Assembly (NCBI GenBank): GCA_041484115.1
Contig: JBGPHA010000002.1
Span: 1-33,066 of the forward strand
Source: Candidatus Nanoarchaeia archaeon
Lineage (GTDB): Archaea; Nanobdellota; Nanobdellia; Pacearchaeales; GW2011-AR1
Direction: 5' to 3'
DNA: 33,066 bases
A model generated the notes under the pieces. That model was not told the origin of the DNA and did no database searches. It saw only the letters and a program-made list of their open reading frames with translations. Both the position numbers and the translations under genes were made by a program. Shown here piece after piece: positions 8,485-17,118 of this stretch (position 1 is the first letter of the stretch; the number at the start of each line of letters is the position of its first letter).

Positions 8485-11400
8485 TCACTTGTTTACCTCT
8501 TCAATAACTTCTTTTCTTGCATATTTCTTCTTCGATTCTTCTTTTATTAGAGGACCGACAACCTTTACAAGCAAGCCAGGAAGACCTGTTCCGACAGGAA
8601 CTGGTTGATTGAGGATAACATTTTCAATCACACTTGATAACTGATCTTTGTTTCCCTTTATCGTCGCATTCACAAATTGCTTTACAGGAGTTTCGAAAGT
8701 TGCCCTTGCTAAAATTGAAGATTTCTGCGCAATGATTCCTATCCTTGTTACTCCTTTTACTTCTCCAGTGTTTGTCATAGCATCCGAAACGAGTTTTAGG
8801 TGCCTCTTGTCTATATCTAATCCTTGAGTATTGAGAACTTCCTGAATTTCATTTATTATCAGCTGCCTTGCAGCCTCTATGCCGAAAACATCTGCAACCT
8901 CATGGAGATCGTTTGAAATAAGTTTCTGAGGATTTACTTCTTTCATCTCAAGAACCTTCTTCAAATTGGTTCCCAGAGTCATGGTAATGTAATCACTATC
9001 TCTCTTTACTATGAGAATCTGTTTTACTCCCTTTACCCCTGAAATAATTGTTTTCTTTAATTTTTCTTTGAGCTTGTATATATCCTTGAAACCAAGTTCT
9101 GAGGCACTTATAGATATAGAATCTGTTTTTTCCTTGCTTGCAAATCCGAGTTCCCTAAGCGAATCCACTATTTTTTTCAGGGAAGAGTGACTCTGCCGCA
9201 AACCCTCTTTGTCTATTTTTATATCTATTCTTTTCTCAGAGAAGTCTATGCTTATTTCAGAGGCTATATCGCTTACAGTCACTTCCTTTATTCTCTCTGC
9301 AAAAATCTTGGCATCTTTTTCATTGTTGAATTCTTTTTTCAGGTAAATCTCCATCTTAGGGGAGCTTGGTTTTTTTCTTGCATCAAATATTTCAATGAGT
9401 CTTGGCAGTCCTTGAGTTACCTGCATCTCGGAAACACCTGCGAAGTGGAATGTCCTCAGAACCATCTGTGTTGAAGGTTCTCCGAAACTTTGGGCAGTAA
9501 TTACTCCTATGGCTTCTCCAGCCTCAAGCTTTTCTCCTAGGTGGAGCTTTGAAACATCCATTCCATCGTCACCGTAAATAAACTGTATTATGTTATTGTT
9601 GCTGTCTCTTATTGTTCCGTCATATTCTCTCCTCAAATCTTGAAGTGCGTTTGCAAGTCTTCTGTATAAGTAACCAGATTTAGGAGTTCTAAGAGCAGTA
9701 TCCATCAGGGAAGCCCTTCCTGTTATTGCTTGGAAGAAAAATTCCTCTGGCTTCAGCCCCTTCATGAAAGGGCTTCTTATGAAACCCTTTGCTTTCGGAT
9801 TCAAATCCCCTTTTTTGAAAAAAGAAAGAGTTCTATCGTTATATCCTATATCTATCCTCTTTCCTTCTAAGTCCTGCTGGCCAACGCAGCAAGCCATCTG
9901 TGTTATATTAAGAATATTTCCTCCTCCACCAGACCTTATCATATGCGTGACAGGATTATCCTCTGGGAATTCTGCCTTTACAATTTCTCCTATCTTTGTT
10001 CTTACTTCATTTAGGACTTTGAGGATTTTTATTTCCCTCGACTCTTCAGGGCTTTTTCCCTGAATGACTTCAAGGGTTCCATTGTTATATTCTCCGATTA
10101 TTTCCCTGGCTTTCTCCTCAGCTTTTTTCACAATTTCCTCAGACATGTCAATGACTTTCTGCTCCACATCAAAATCATCGAGAGAAATCGTTATCCCCCT
10201 TGCTGTCAGATAATTCTTTCCAAGGTTGAATGCCTTTCTTATTGTTTCAAAAGCAACGTTTCTTCCGAATTTCTTGTCTATCTCTTTTATGAGCAGACCG
10301 TCTTCATCTCCGAAAAGATTTTTATCGATAATGCCTTTTATTATTTCCCCGTCTTTTATCTTTGTAGATCCCTCAGAAAAATCTATCTTTGGAAGTATCT
10401 TTGAAAAGATTTCTGTTCCTGCAATGCTCTTTTTTGAAATTTCCTCATCTATCCCTGAATTATATAGGAGCTGATTAGCATCTTCTTTTGAAAACTCGTT
10501 CAGTCCTAGAAGATATCCTCCTGTTATTGCATCGCTGATACATCCTATCCAGTTGGTATTGTTTTTTGGGGAAAATAAATTCTTCTTTACTTCGAGAAGA
10601 GTCTTTGCTTCAGCTCTTGCCTCTTCTGTCTGTGGACTGTGTATGTTCATCTCGTCACCATCGAAGTCAGCATTGTAAGGGGTTTTAGCAGCAGGGTGCA
10701 GCCTGAAAGTTCTTCCAGGAAGAACTTTTACATAGTGTGCCATTAGGCTTCCCTTGTGCAGGCTCGGGTGCCTGTTGAACAAAACTATGTCCCCGTTTTC
10801 CATATGTCTTTCCACTTGGTATCCTGAAACAAGCTCGTTAATTATCTCTTCTTTAAGTTCAGGAGTTATTTTTTTCCTTTTTCCATCAGGCCTAATAACA
10901 TAATTTGCACCTGGATATTCTTCTCCGCGTCTTATAACTTTCTTCAATTTTTCTATGTTCAAATCATTCACAGTTTCTGCAACAGTAACAACTCTTGCGA
11001 TTTCGTAAGGAACCCCAACTTCATTGATCTGTATTGAAGGGTCAGGAGATATTACTGTTCTCCCAGAGTAGTTGACTCTTTTACCAGCAAGATTTTTTCT
11101 TATTCTTCCTTCTTTACCCTTTATTCTTTCTGTAATTGTTTTCAATGGCTGCCCGCTTCTGTGTCTTGCAGGAGGAATTCTTGTTACAGTGTTGTCAAAG
11201 AAAGTTGTTACATGAAATTGAAGCAGATCCCAAAGATCTTCTATGATTACTTCTGGAGCTCCTGCATTAAGATTTTCCCACAATCTCTGATTAGCTCTTA
11301 TTATATCTGAAAGCTTATGTGTTAGATCATCTTCGCTCCTCTCTCCCGATTCAAGAATTATGCTCGGTCTTACAGTGACAGGAGGAACTAAAAGAATAGT

Positions 11401-11970
11401 CAGCACTCCCCACTCTGGCCTGAAATAATGTGGGTTCATTGCTATCTTTTTAAGCTCTTCATCAGGAATGCTAACAAGATTCTCTCTTACTTCTGTAGGA
11501 AAGATTCTGCTTTTTCCTCTATAGAAAGTCGTTGGCTTGTCCAGCTTTATTTTTTCCTGTGGTGAATTGCAATGCGGACACTTCTTCACGTCTTTGGCCT
11601 TCTTGATTCTCAGACTAGGAGGATATTTTTCAGTGTCTTTGTCAGAGAGTAGCAATTTTCCACATGCTTTGCAGAAACATCTCAAACCGAGTTCAATCAT
11701 AGGAACATATTTCAGATGAATTACAGAACGAGCAAGGTCTATGCTTCCAGGATGTCCTAAACATTCTTTCAATCTTCCACCGCAAGTTCTGCATCTTACT
11801 CCAGGGTCTATAGCACCCAATCTAAGATCCATCAAACCCCCATCAACAGGATAACCATCTATATCATAAAGTTCAGGAGTCACGATTTTTGCGACAGATA
11901 ATCTTTTTATTTTCTCCGGACTTAACAAAGAAAAGCTTATCTCCTTAATTTTTTTTCTTATTGGTCTCAT
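8485..11970 (-). CDS. rpoA: DNA-directed RNA polymerase largest subunit, unsplit (A' and A'' regions in one ORF)
   Basis: One 1161-aa ORF contains N-terminal Zn motifs (CRTCGG...C, CPHC) and the catalytic NADFDGDEMN (nt 10645-10674). It also contains the bridge helix (GRASLMDTALRTPKSGYLYRRL) and the A''-type trigger loop (GEAIGVITAQSFGEPSTQMVLRTFHFAGV). Confidence 0.95.
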   Translation of the reverse strand: MRPIRKKIKEISFSLLSPEKIKRLSVAKIVTPELYDIDGYPVDGGLMDLRLGAIDPGVRCRTCGGRLKECLGHPGSIDLARSVIHLKYVPMIELGLRCFCKACGKLLLSDKDTEKYPPSLRIKKAKDVKKCPHCNSPQEKIKLDKPTTFYRGKSRIFPTEVRENLVSIPDEELKKIAMNPHYFRPEWGVLTILLVPPVTVRPSIILESGERSEDDLTHKLSDIIRANQRLWENLNAGAPEVIIEDLWDLLQFHVTTFFDNTVTRIPPARHRSGQPLKTITERIKGKEGRIRKNLAGKRVNYSGRTVISPDPSIQINEVGVPYEIARVVTVAETVNDLNIEKLKKVIRRGEEYPGANYVIRPDGKRKKITPELKEEIINELVSGYQVERHMENGDIVLFNRHPSLHKGSLMAHYVKVLPGRTFRLHPAAKTPYNADFDGDEMNIHSPQTEEARAEAKTLLEVKKNLFSPKNNTNWIGCISDAITGGYLLGLNEFSKEDANQLLYNSGIDEEISKKSIAGTEIFSKILPKIDFSEGSTKIKDGEIIKGIIDKNLFGDEDGLLIKEIDKKFGRNVAFETIRKAFNLGKNYLTARGITISLDDFDVEQKVIDMSEEIVKKAEEKAREIIGEYNNGTLEVIQGKSPEESREIKILKVLNEVRTKIGEIVKAEFPEDNPVTHMIRSGGGGNILNITQMACCVGQQDLEGKRIDIGYNDRTLSFFKKGDLNPKAKGFIRSPFMKGLKPEEFFFQAITGRASLMDTALRTPKSGYLYRRLANALQDLRREYDGTIRDSNNNIIQFIYGDDGMDVSKLHLGEKLEAGEAIGVITAQSFGEPSTQMVLRTFHFAGVSEMQVTQGLPRLIEIFDARKKPSSPKMEIYLKKEFNNEKDAKIFAERIKEVTVSDIASEISIDFSEKRIDIKIDKEGLRQSHSSLKKIVDSLRELGFASKEKTDSISISASELGFKDIYKLKEKLKKTIISGVKGVKQILIVKRDSDYITMTLGTNLKKVLEMKEVNPQKLISNDLHEVADVFGIEAARQLIINEIQEVLNTQGLDIDKRHLKLVSDAMTNTGEVKGVTRIGIIAQKSSILARATFETPVKQFVNATIKGNKDQLSSVIENVILNQPVPVGTGLPGLLVKVVGPLIKEESKKKYARKEVIEEVNK

Positions 11971-11971
11971 T

Positions 11972-14900
11972 TTATTCGTATTTATTTTTTAATCCAAATG
12001 CTGTATGAATATGAAGTCCTTGAAGCTCTTCTATGAGAAGCTTGAATGCATAGGAAACTTCCACACTTTCCACTTCTTCTGAATTGCAGAGAGGGCACAC
12101 TGTCTTGTTTCTTATGTTGTCTTCAATTGCCAAAGCTCCGCACCTAGTGCACACATGAAGAATAACTTTGTCAGAATCATATCTTTCTTTTAAAAGCAGA
12201 GAAGCTCCATGGGCAACAATTGCCTGTTGTTCCATTTCTCCAAGCCTTAAAGCTCCGCCACGTGATCTTCCTTCGACAGGCTGTCTTGTCAAAAGTGCAA
12301 TCTTACCAGAAGCTCTTCCGTGAAGCTTGTTTCCTACCATGTATTTCAGTTTCAAATAATAAAGATTTCCAACAAAGATTCTTGCCTGCATTTTCTTCCC
12401 TGTAACACCAGAATACATGGTTTCTTTTCCATCATATCTGAAACCGAGTTCCTCTAGTGACTCTTCCAGTTCTTTTTTATCTGCTCCTGAAAAAGCTGTT
12501 CCATCCATCACTTCTCCTCTAAGGCACCCGACTTTTCCAGCCAGCAATTCCAAAAGATATCCAACAGTCATTCTGCTAGGAAGTCCATGAGGATTAAACA
12601 TTACATCTGGTTTTATGCCTTTGGAAGTGAAAGGAACATCCTCTTCATCTACTATGAGTCCTATGACTCCTTTCTGTCCATGAGAGGTTGCAAACTTGTC
12701 CCCGAGTTCTGGAATTCTCTGGTCTCTAGTTTTAATCTGAACTATCTTATTGCCATCGTCATCTTCTGTTATGAGAACAGCTTCAACAATTCCCTTTTCT
12801 TCCTGTTTCATGGAAACGCTAGATTCTTTCTTTGTTCTTACAGAAATTTCTCTAGCCTCAGAGAGAAATTTAGGAGGGCTGACTTTTCCTATCATTACTT
12901 CTCCTTCTCCAATTTCTGCTTCAGGATAAACTATTCCATCAGCTTCAAGGTGTCTGTAACTCGCCTCTGTTTTGTAACCAGAAGCATCTTTGTCAGGAAT
13001 TACAATCTCGTCTTTTAAACCGCCAGCATAATTCATTTCTACAGCACTATAAGGCCTGAAGTAAAAACTTCTTCCAACTCCTCTTTCAAGGCTCCCTTTG
13101 TTGAACACGAGGGCATCTTCCATGTTATATCCTTCGTGAGTCATTACAGCAACAACTAGATTTTGTCCTGCAGGATATGCTTGTAATGTATCATAAACAA
13201 AACTTCTCACTATCGGTTTCTGGGGATATTGCAGAATAGAAACATCTGTATCCAACCTTGCTAGGTAATTTGCAGCATATAAACCCAAAGCCTGTTTCTG
13301 CGTTTTGGATCCACGATTAAGCCTCGAGCTCTGGTCGTGATTTGAGTAAGGAACAAGAGAAGTTACAACACCAAAAATGTCAGTAGGATCTATCTCAAGA
13401 TGAGTATTTTCAGAAGTTATATCTTTTTCATATAATGAGACAAGAGCTTCTTCCTCTTCTGCAGCATCGAGATATTCTATGACTCCTTCTTTTACTAGGT
13501 CTTTCCATCCCATCTCCCCATGCTCAATTTTTACTAGGTGCTCATTTTTCAGTCTTGAAATTCCATTGTCAACTATTATTAATGGACGTAGAACTCTTCC
13601 CGGTTCTGTTGAAATTATTATTATCTGGAAATTCTCATCATATCTTATGTTCATCTGAATGGGAAGTTCAGACCTTCTTCTCTTTTCCCTAATGCTCTTT
13701 ACAAATTCTCCAGGAGTTTTTATAGAACCTATAAATATACCATTAAAGAAAACTTCTGTGCCTGTTTCTCCTGTTTCCAATGCATCAAGCCCATGAACAG
13801 ATAGGTCTTTCAGGAATTTTTCCTCATCCAAGTCTGTCCTCGTGGAAACTTGACTCAAGATTGCGAGATTTTTTCTCAGCCCGATTTCTGTTCCTTCAGG
13901 AGTTTCTATAGGGCAAAATCTTCCATAATGTGTAGGATGAAGGGTCCTTGCAGCAAAATTTTCTTGATCACTTGGAAGCATAGAGGAAACACGCTGCAGC
14001 TGTGAAATTGTTGCAAGATAATTAGTCTTATCCATGTTCTGTGTTATTCCAGAACGCTCTCCTGTCCAACTTCCTGTGGCAATTGCTGATTCAACCCTAT
14101 GAGAGAAAAGAGTGGACTTTGCTATTATTTTTATTGAGAAAAATTTCTTTCTTTTTGCCGATTTTTGCAGAGAATACTGGATATCTCTTATGAGGATTCC
14201 AAGATTTACTCTGAACAATGTTGCCAGAAGATCTCCTGAAAGTCTCACTCTTTTGTTTGCATAATGGTCTTTGTCTGTTCTTAGTTTTGGATTTTCCTTT
14301 GCAATTAGGAACTGTTTTATCAGCTTGCACAGAGTTACTGCCTTTTTTATCCTATCTTCTTTTTTTTGGCCTATATGTGGGAATAAGTAAGAATCTATCC
14401 TCTGCTTAACACGATCAAGGATTTCTTTTTTCGTGCCTTGTAGGTTTGTTTTTTCAGAAATATAAAGCATTGCGTCCTCTTTTGTTGCTATATTGGAAAA
14501 CTCGTAAAGATTTACAATTACAGAATCTGTTTCCTTTCCTATATATTTAGCAATATCAGATTCTTTTATCAAACCAAGGGCTTTCAAGATAATTATCGCG
14601 GGAACATCCTTAAACTTGCTGAAAGAAACTTCCGTGATTCCTTCTTTGCTCTCTGTTATAAGGACAGGAATTCTGTAAGTTCCTTTTGAAGAAAAAAGCT
14701 TAAGTGTAAGTTCACCTTTTGAATTTGTCTCTACGAAAGGCTGATTTTCTGCAAGGTCTTCTGCCATGACCATAACACGTTCATTACCTTTAATTATGAA
14801 ATATCCTCCAGGATCTAGGGGATCGTGATAGGTTTCTATCAATTGTTCCTTAGACATTCCGTAAGTGTTGCAGACTTTGCTCCTGACCATTATTGGAATT

Positions 14901-15232
14901 TTTCCTATCTCAACAGTTTCTGAGTCTATCTGTTCGTCTTTTTTTACAGTAAGTTCTAGGGTTATAGGAGCAGCATAGGTAAGGTTTCTAAGCTTCGCTT
15001 CGTGCGGAGTTATCAAAGAAGAGCTTCCATCAGCCTCTATTACTTTCGGTCTTCCAAGCCCTATTTTTCCAAGGCTTATCTCAAAATCCTCGTTGCTTAC
15101 GGTTTCAGCTATCTCATTGACGATTTCCTGCATCCTTTTTTCTATGAAGTTATTGAAGGATGTTATATTGCTTTCAACGAGAGAGTGCTCTTCTAGGTAT
15201 TTTTTTACAACTAGGTGTTTTTCGATTTTCAT
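11972..15232 (-). CDS. rpoB: DNA-directed RNA polymerase subunit B (unsplit)
   Basis: 1086 aa with conserved segments GDKFATSHGQKGV, MFNPHGLPSRMTVG and GEMEQQA, plus a C-terminal Zn ribbon CTRCG...CPLC. The stop is 1 nt before the rpoA ATG. Confidence 0.97.
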   Translation of the reverse strand: MKIEKHLVVKKYLEEHSLVESNITSFNNFIEKRMQEIVNEIAETVSNEDFEISLGKIGLGRPKVIEADGSSSLITPHEAKLRNLTYAAPITLELTVKKDEQIDSETVEIGKIPIMVRSKVCNTYGMSKEQLIETYHDPLDPGGYFIIKGNERVMVMAEDLAENQPFVETNSKGELTLKLFSSKGTYRIPVLITESKEGITEVSFSKFKDVPAIIILKALGLIKESDIAKYIGKETDSVIVNLYEFSNIATKEDAMLYISEKTNLQGTKKEILDRVKQRIDSYLFPHIGQKKEDRIKKAVTLCKLIKQFLIAKENPKLRTDKDHYANKRVRLSGDLLATLFRVNLGILIRDIQYSLQKSAKRKKFFSIKIIAKSTLFSHRVESAIATGSWTGERSGITQNMDKTNYLATISQLQRVSSMLPSDQENFAARTLHPTHYGRFCPIETPEGTEIGLRKNLAILSQVSTRTDLDEEKFLKDLSVHGLDALETGETGTEVFFNGIFIGSIKTPGEFVKSIREKRRRSELPIQMNIRYDENFQIIIISTEPGRVLRPLIIVDNGISRLKNEHLVKIEHGEMGWKDLVKEGVIEYLDAAEEEEALVSLYEKDITSENTHLEIDPTDIFGVVTSLVPYSNHDQSSRLNRGSKTQKQALGLYAANYLARLDTDVSILQYPQKPIVRSFVYDTLQAYPAGQNLVVAVMTHEGYNMEDALVFNKGSLERGVGRSFYFRPYSAVEMNYAGGLKDEIVIPDKDASGYKTEASYRHLEADGIVYPEAEIGEGEVMIGKVSPPKFLSEAREISVRTKKESSVSMKQEEKGIVEAVLITEDDDGNKIVQIKTRDQRIPELGDKFATSHGQKGVIGLIVDEEDVPFTSKGIKPDVMFNPHGLPSRMTVGYLLELLAGKVGCLRGEVMDGTAFSGADKKELEESLEELGFRYDGKETMYSGVTGKKMQARIFVGNLYYLKLKYMVGNKLHGRASGKIALLTRQPVEGRSRGGALRLGEMEQQAIVAHGASLLLKERYDSDKVILHVCTRCGALAIEDNIRNKTVCPLCNSEEVESVEVSYAFKLLIEELQGLHIHTAFGLKNKYE

Positions 15233-15256
15233 TTTTTAAGGGGTTTAAATTTTCTT

Positions 15257-15469
15257 TTATACAATGACCCTGTGATAGGCGTTGGTTTTTTCACTTTCAG
15301 GTTCTTTTCTTTCTATCTTGATTATGTCTCCGATAGAGCATTCTTCAGGAAGTCCTGGGTCAGTTGAAAGAATTTTTGGCAGCTGTGCCTTTGAAATATT
15401 CAGACTTTTTAGAAGTTCTTCTTCCTCTTTTTCTTTAAGTTTTATGTGTTTTGGTTGTAGAATGTGCAT
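15257..15469 (-). CDS. rpoH: RNA polymerase subunit H (Rpb5 C-terminal domain homologue)
   Basis: HILQPKHIKL...LPKILSTDP...GDIIKIER...YHRVIV matches RpoH. The codon at 15580 in the ORF track is TTG. The first ATG at 15469 gives the normal 70-aa size. Confidence 0.85.
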   Translation of the reverse strand: MHILQPKHIKLKEKEEEELLKSLNISKAQLPKILSTDPGLPEECSIGDIIKIERKEPESEKTNAYHRVIV

Positions 15470-15647
15470 ATTTTTCAGGGATTTTGGGTTTACCGACGAG
15501 GAATTTAATTCTTTTGGTAGTGAATTAAATGAAGCATTAAGGGCCGAATTTAATAACTCTTCAATAATAAAAGATATCAAAATTTGCTTTAAAAATGTTT
15601 CTACTATTTAGGCTTTTCCACCAAAAGTCTTGCCAATGATTGTAAAT

Positions 15648-16022
15648 TTATTTTATCGCTCTTTTGGCCTCATTCATTTTTGCTTTTGCTTTTAGAATCT
15701 CTCTTATTACTGTGGTCGGCACTTTTTGATCGAACTTGATTTGTATGGTTTTTTTCCCCGTCATATAACCTTTTTTTTCAAGCATTTCTCGATCTTTACT
15801 TTGTAGTGCGAATGCTAGACCAAAGTCAACGTGGTTCTTGAGTGCGACAAATCCAGCAAGAAGACCGTGATATTTGTAGAAAGGTACTCCCCAGCTTATT
15901 CCTTCTTCTGCCTTTGGAGCAGCTGATTTTATTACCATTCTTAGTTCCCTAAGTTTAGGCTGGGCTTCTTTTTGGGCACTTTTAATGTATTCATCAACGT
16001 TTTTTGCTAAATAGTTTTTCAT
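15648..16022 (-). CDS. DUF1801 (YdhG-like) domain protein
   Basis: VDEYIKSAQKEAQPKLRELR...ISWGVPFYKYHGLLAGFVALKNHVDFGL matches the DUF1801 pattern as I recall it. Confidence 0.7.
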   Translation of the reverse strand: MKNYLAKNVDEYIKSAQKEAQPKLRELRMVIKSAAPKAEEGISWGVPFYKYHGLLAGFVALKNHVDFGLAFALQSKDREMLEKKGYMTGKKTIQIKFDQKVPTTVIREILKAKAKMNEAKRAIK

Positions 16023-16034
16023 TTTTATAAATTA

Positions 16035-16469
16035 CTAGCAAATAATATAGCTTACCTGGTTGTTTACTCCTACTTTTGCAATTTCAGGCTGTTGATAATT
16101 TCCTGCGCAGATAACAACTTTGTTTCCTGTTCCTGTAAGGGTCACTTTGGCAACCTGTGTCTGCGAGCTTACGTTTATTGTGTTATAATTTCCAGTTATG
16201 AACATAAAGACAATGTCATTGGGATCATCGAGTTTGGAAGTTTGCCAATCTAGAGGGTAACTTGCTGTGTAATTGTTCTTTGTCAGGTTGCTGTTTCCAG
16301 AAGCAAGAGGAATAGGAACAAATGGGACTGTTATTGAATCGTTACTATTGTTATTTCCAGGGTTGCTATTTGTGTTTGTTCCTGGGCTTTTTGTATTGAT
16401 TATTACTATATAGCCAATTACAACAACTGCAATAACAACATAAATCCACGTCCTCTTCTTCTTATTCAT
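16035..16469 (-). CDS. hypothetical membrane-anchored extracellular protein
   Basis: N-terminal KKKR plus a hydrophobic anchor, then an Asn/Thr/Ser-rich low-complexity linker and a beta-rich C-terminal part. No family recognised. Confidence 0.55.
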   Translation of the reverse strand: MNKKKRTWIYVVIAVVVIGYIVIINTKSPGTNTNSNPGNNNSNDSITVPFVPIPLASGNSNLTKNNYTASYPLDWQTSKLDDPNDIVFMFITGNYNTINVSSQTQVAKVTLTGTGNKVVICAGNYQQPEIAKVGVNNQVSYIIC

Positions 16470-16542
16470 AAGATAATATTGTAGAAATTATTTTTAAGTC
16501 TTCCTATTTAAGAGTGGCCCCAATGACCTTAGAACTAAAGTT

Positions 16543-17097
16543 TTACTTCTTAAAGTTTTTTTTATTAACAAGTTTAGTAACTTCTCTCATAAATGAAGGA
16601 AGATCCATTGGCCAACGAGATGTTACTAGATTTCCATCAACCACAACATCTTTATCTTCCCATATTCCGCCAGATTTTTTTATTTCTTCAGGCACTCCAT
16701 CATGCCAATAAAATGTTAAATGCCTCCCTTTGACTAAACCGGCAGAGACTAATGTGTAAGGACCATGACAAATAGAAGCTACTGGTTTATTTTTTGCAAA
16801 AAAAGATCTTGCTATTTCCTGCGCTTTCTTAATATTTCTTACTGTTGTTGGAGCTCCGTTTGGAGACCCTCCAGGAATTATGAACAAATCATATTTTTCA
16901 GGGTCAATTTCACCAATAGTTTTGTCAGGCATTAAAGAATATCCTCTCTCCCCATTAATCATTTCTTTTTTAGGAGCAGCTATATCAACGTGCCATCCTT
17001 CTTCTATCAATCGAAAGACAGGAAAAAATACCTCCATATCTTCAAATTGATCAGCTGTAAGAACAACCGCCTTTAATTCAGATTTATTTTTTTCCAT
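16543..17097 (-). CDS. DJ-1/PfpI-family protein (intracellular protease / deglycase type)
   Basis: Nucleophile elbow ASICHGPYTLVSAGLVKGRHLTFY. 184 aa. The start lies 21 nt after the copA stop. Confidence 0.85.
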   Translation of the reverse strand: MEKNKSELKAVVLTADQFEDMEVFFPVFRLIEEGWHVDIAAPKKEMINGERGYSLMPDKTIGEIDPEKYDLFIIPGGSPNGAPTTVRNIKKAQEIARSFFAKNKPVASICHGPYTLVSAGLVKGRHLTFYWHDGVPEEIKKSGGIWEDKDVVVDGNLVTSRWPMDLPSFMREVTKLVNKKNFKK

Positions 17098-17118
17098 GTG
17101 TATTAATATTTACCTGCT

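Noticed and set aside
14097-14330. Same-strand 77-aa ORF in an alternative frame inside rpoB.
   Set aside because: It lies entirely within the conserved rpoB reading frame and has a Lys/Arg-rich nonsense-like sequence. Nothing suggests an overlapping gene.
15470-15580. N-terminally extended starts given by the ORF track: rpoH 15580 (TTG), histidine phosphatase 30235 (GTG), nrdJ 25181 (GTG), ORF 1184 (TTG), copZ 19415 and the cupredoxin gene 19863.
   Set aside because: The extensions add residues with no similarity to the families or create long overlaps with upstream genes. Internal ATGs give canonical N-termini with SD or TATA signals. The nrdJ GTG remains possible.
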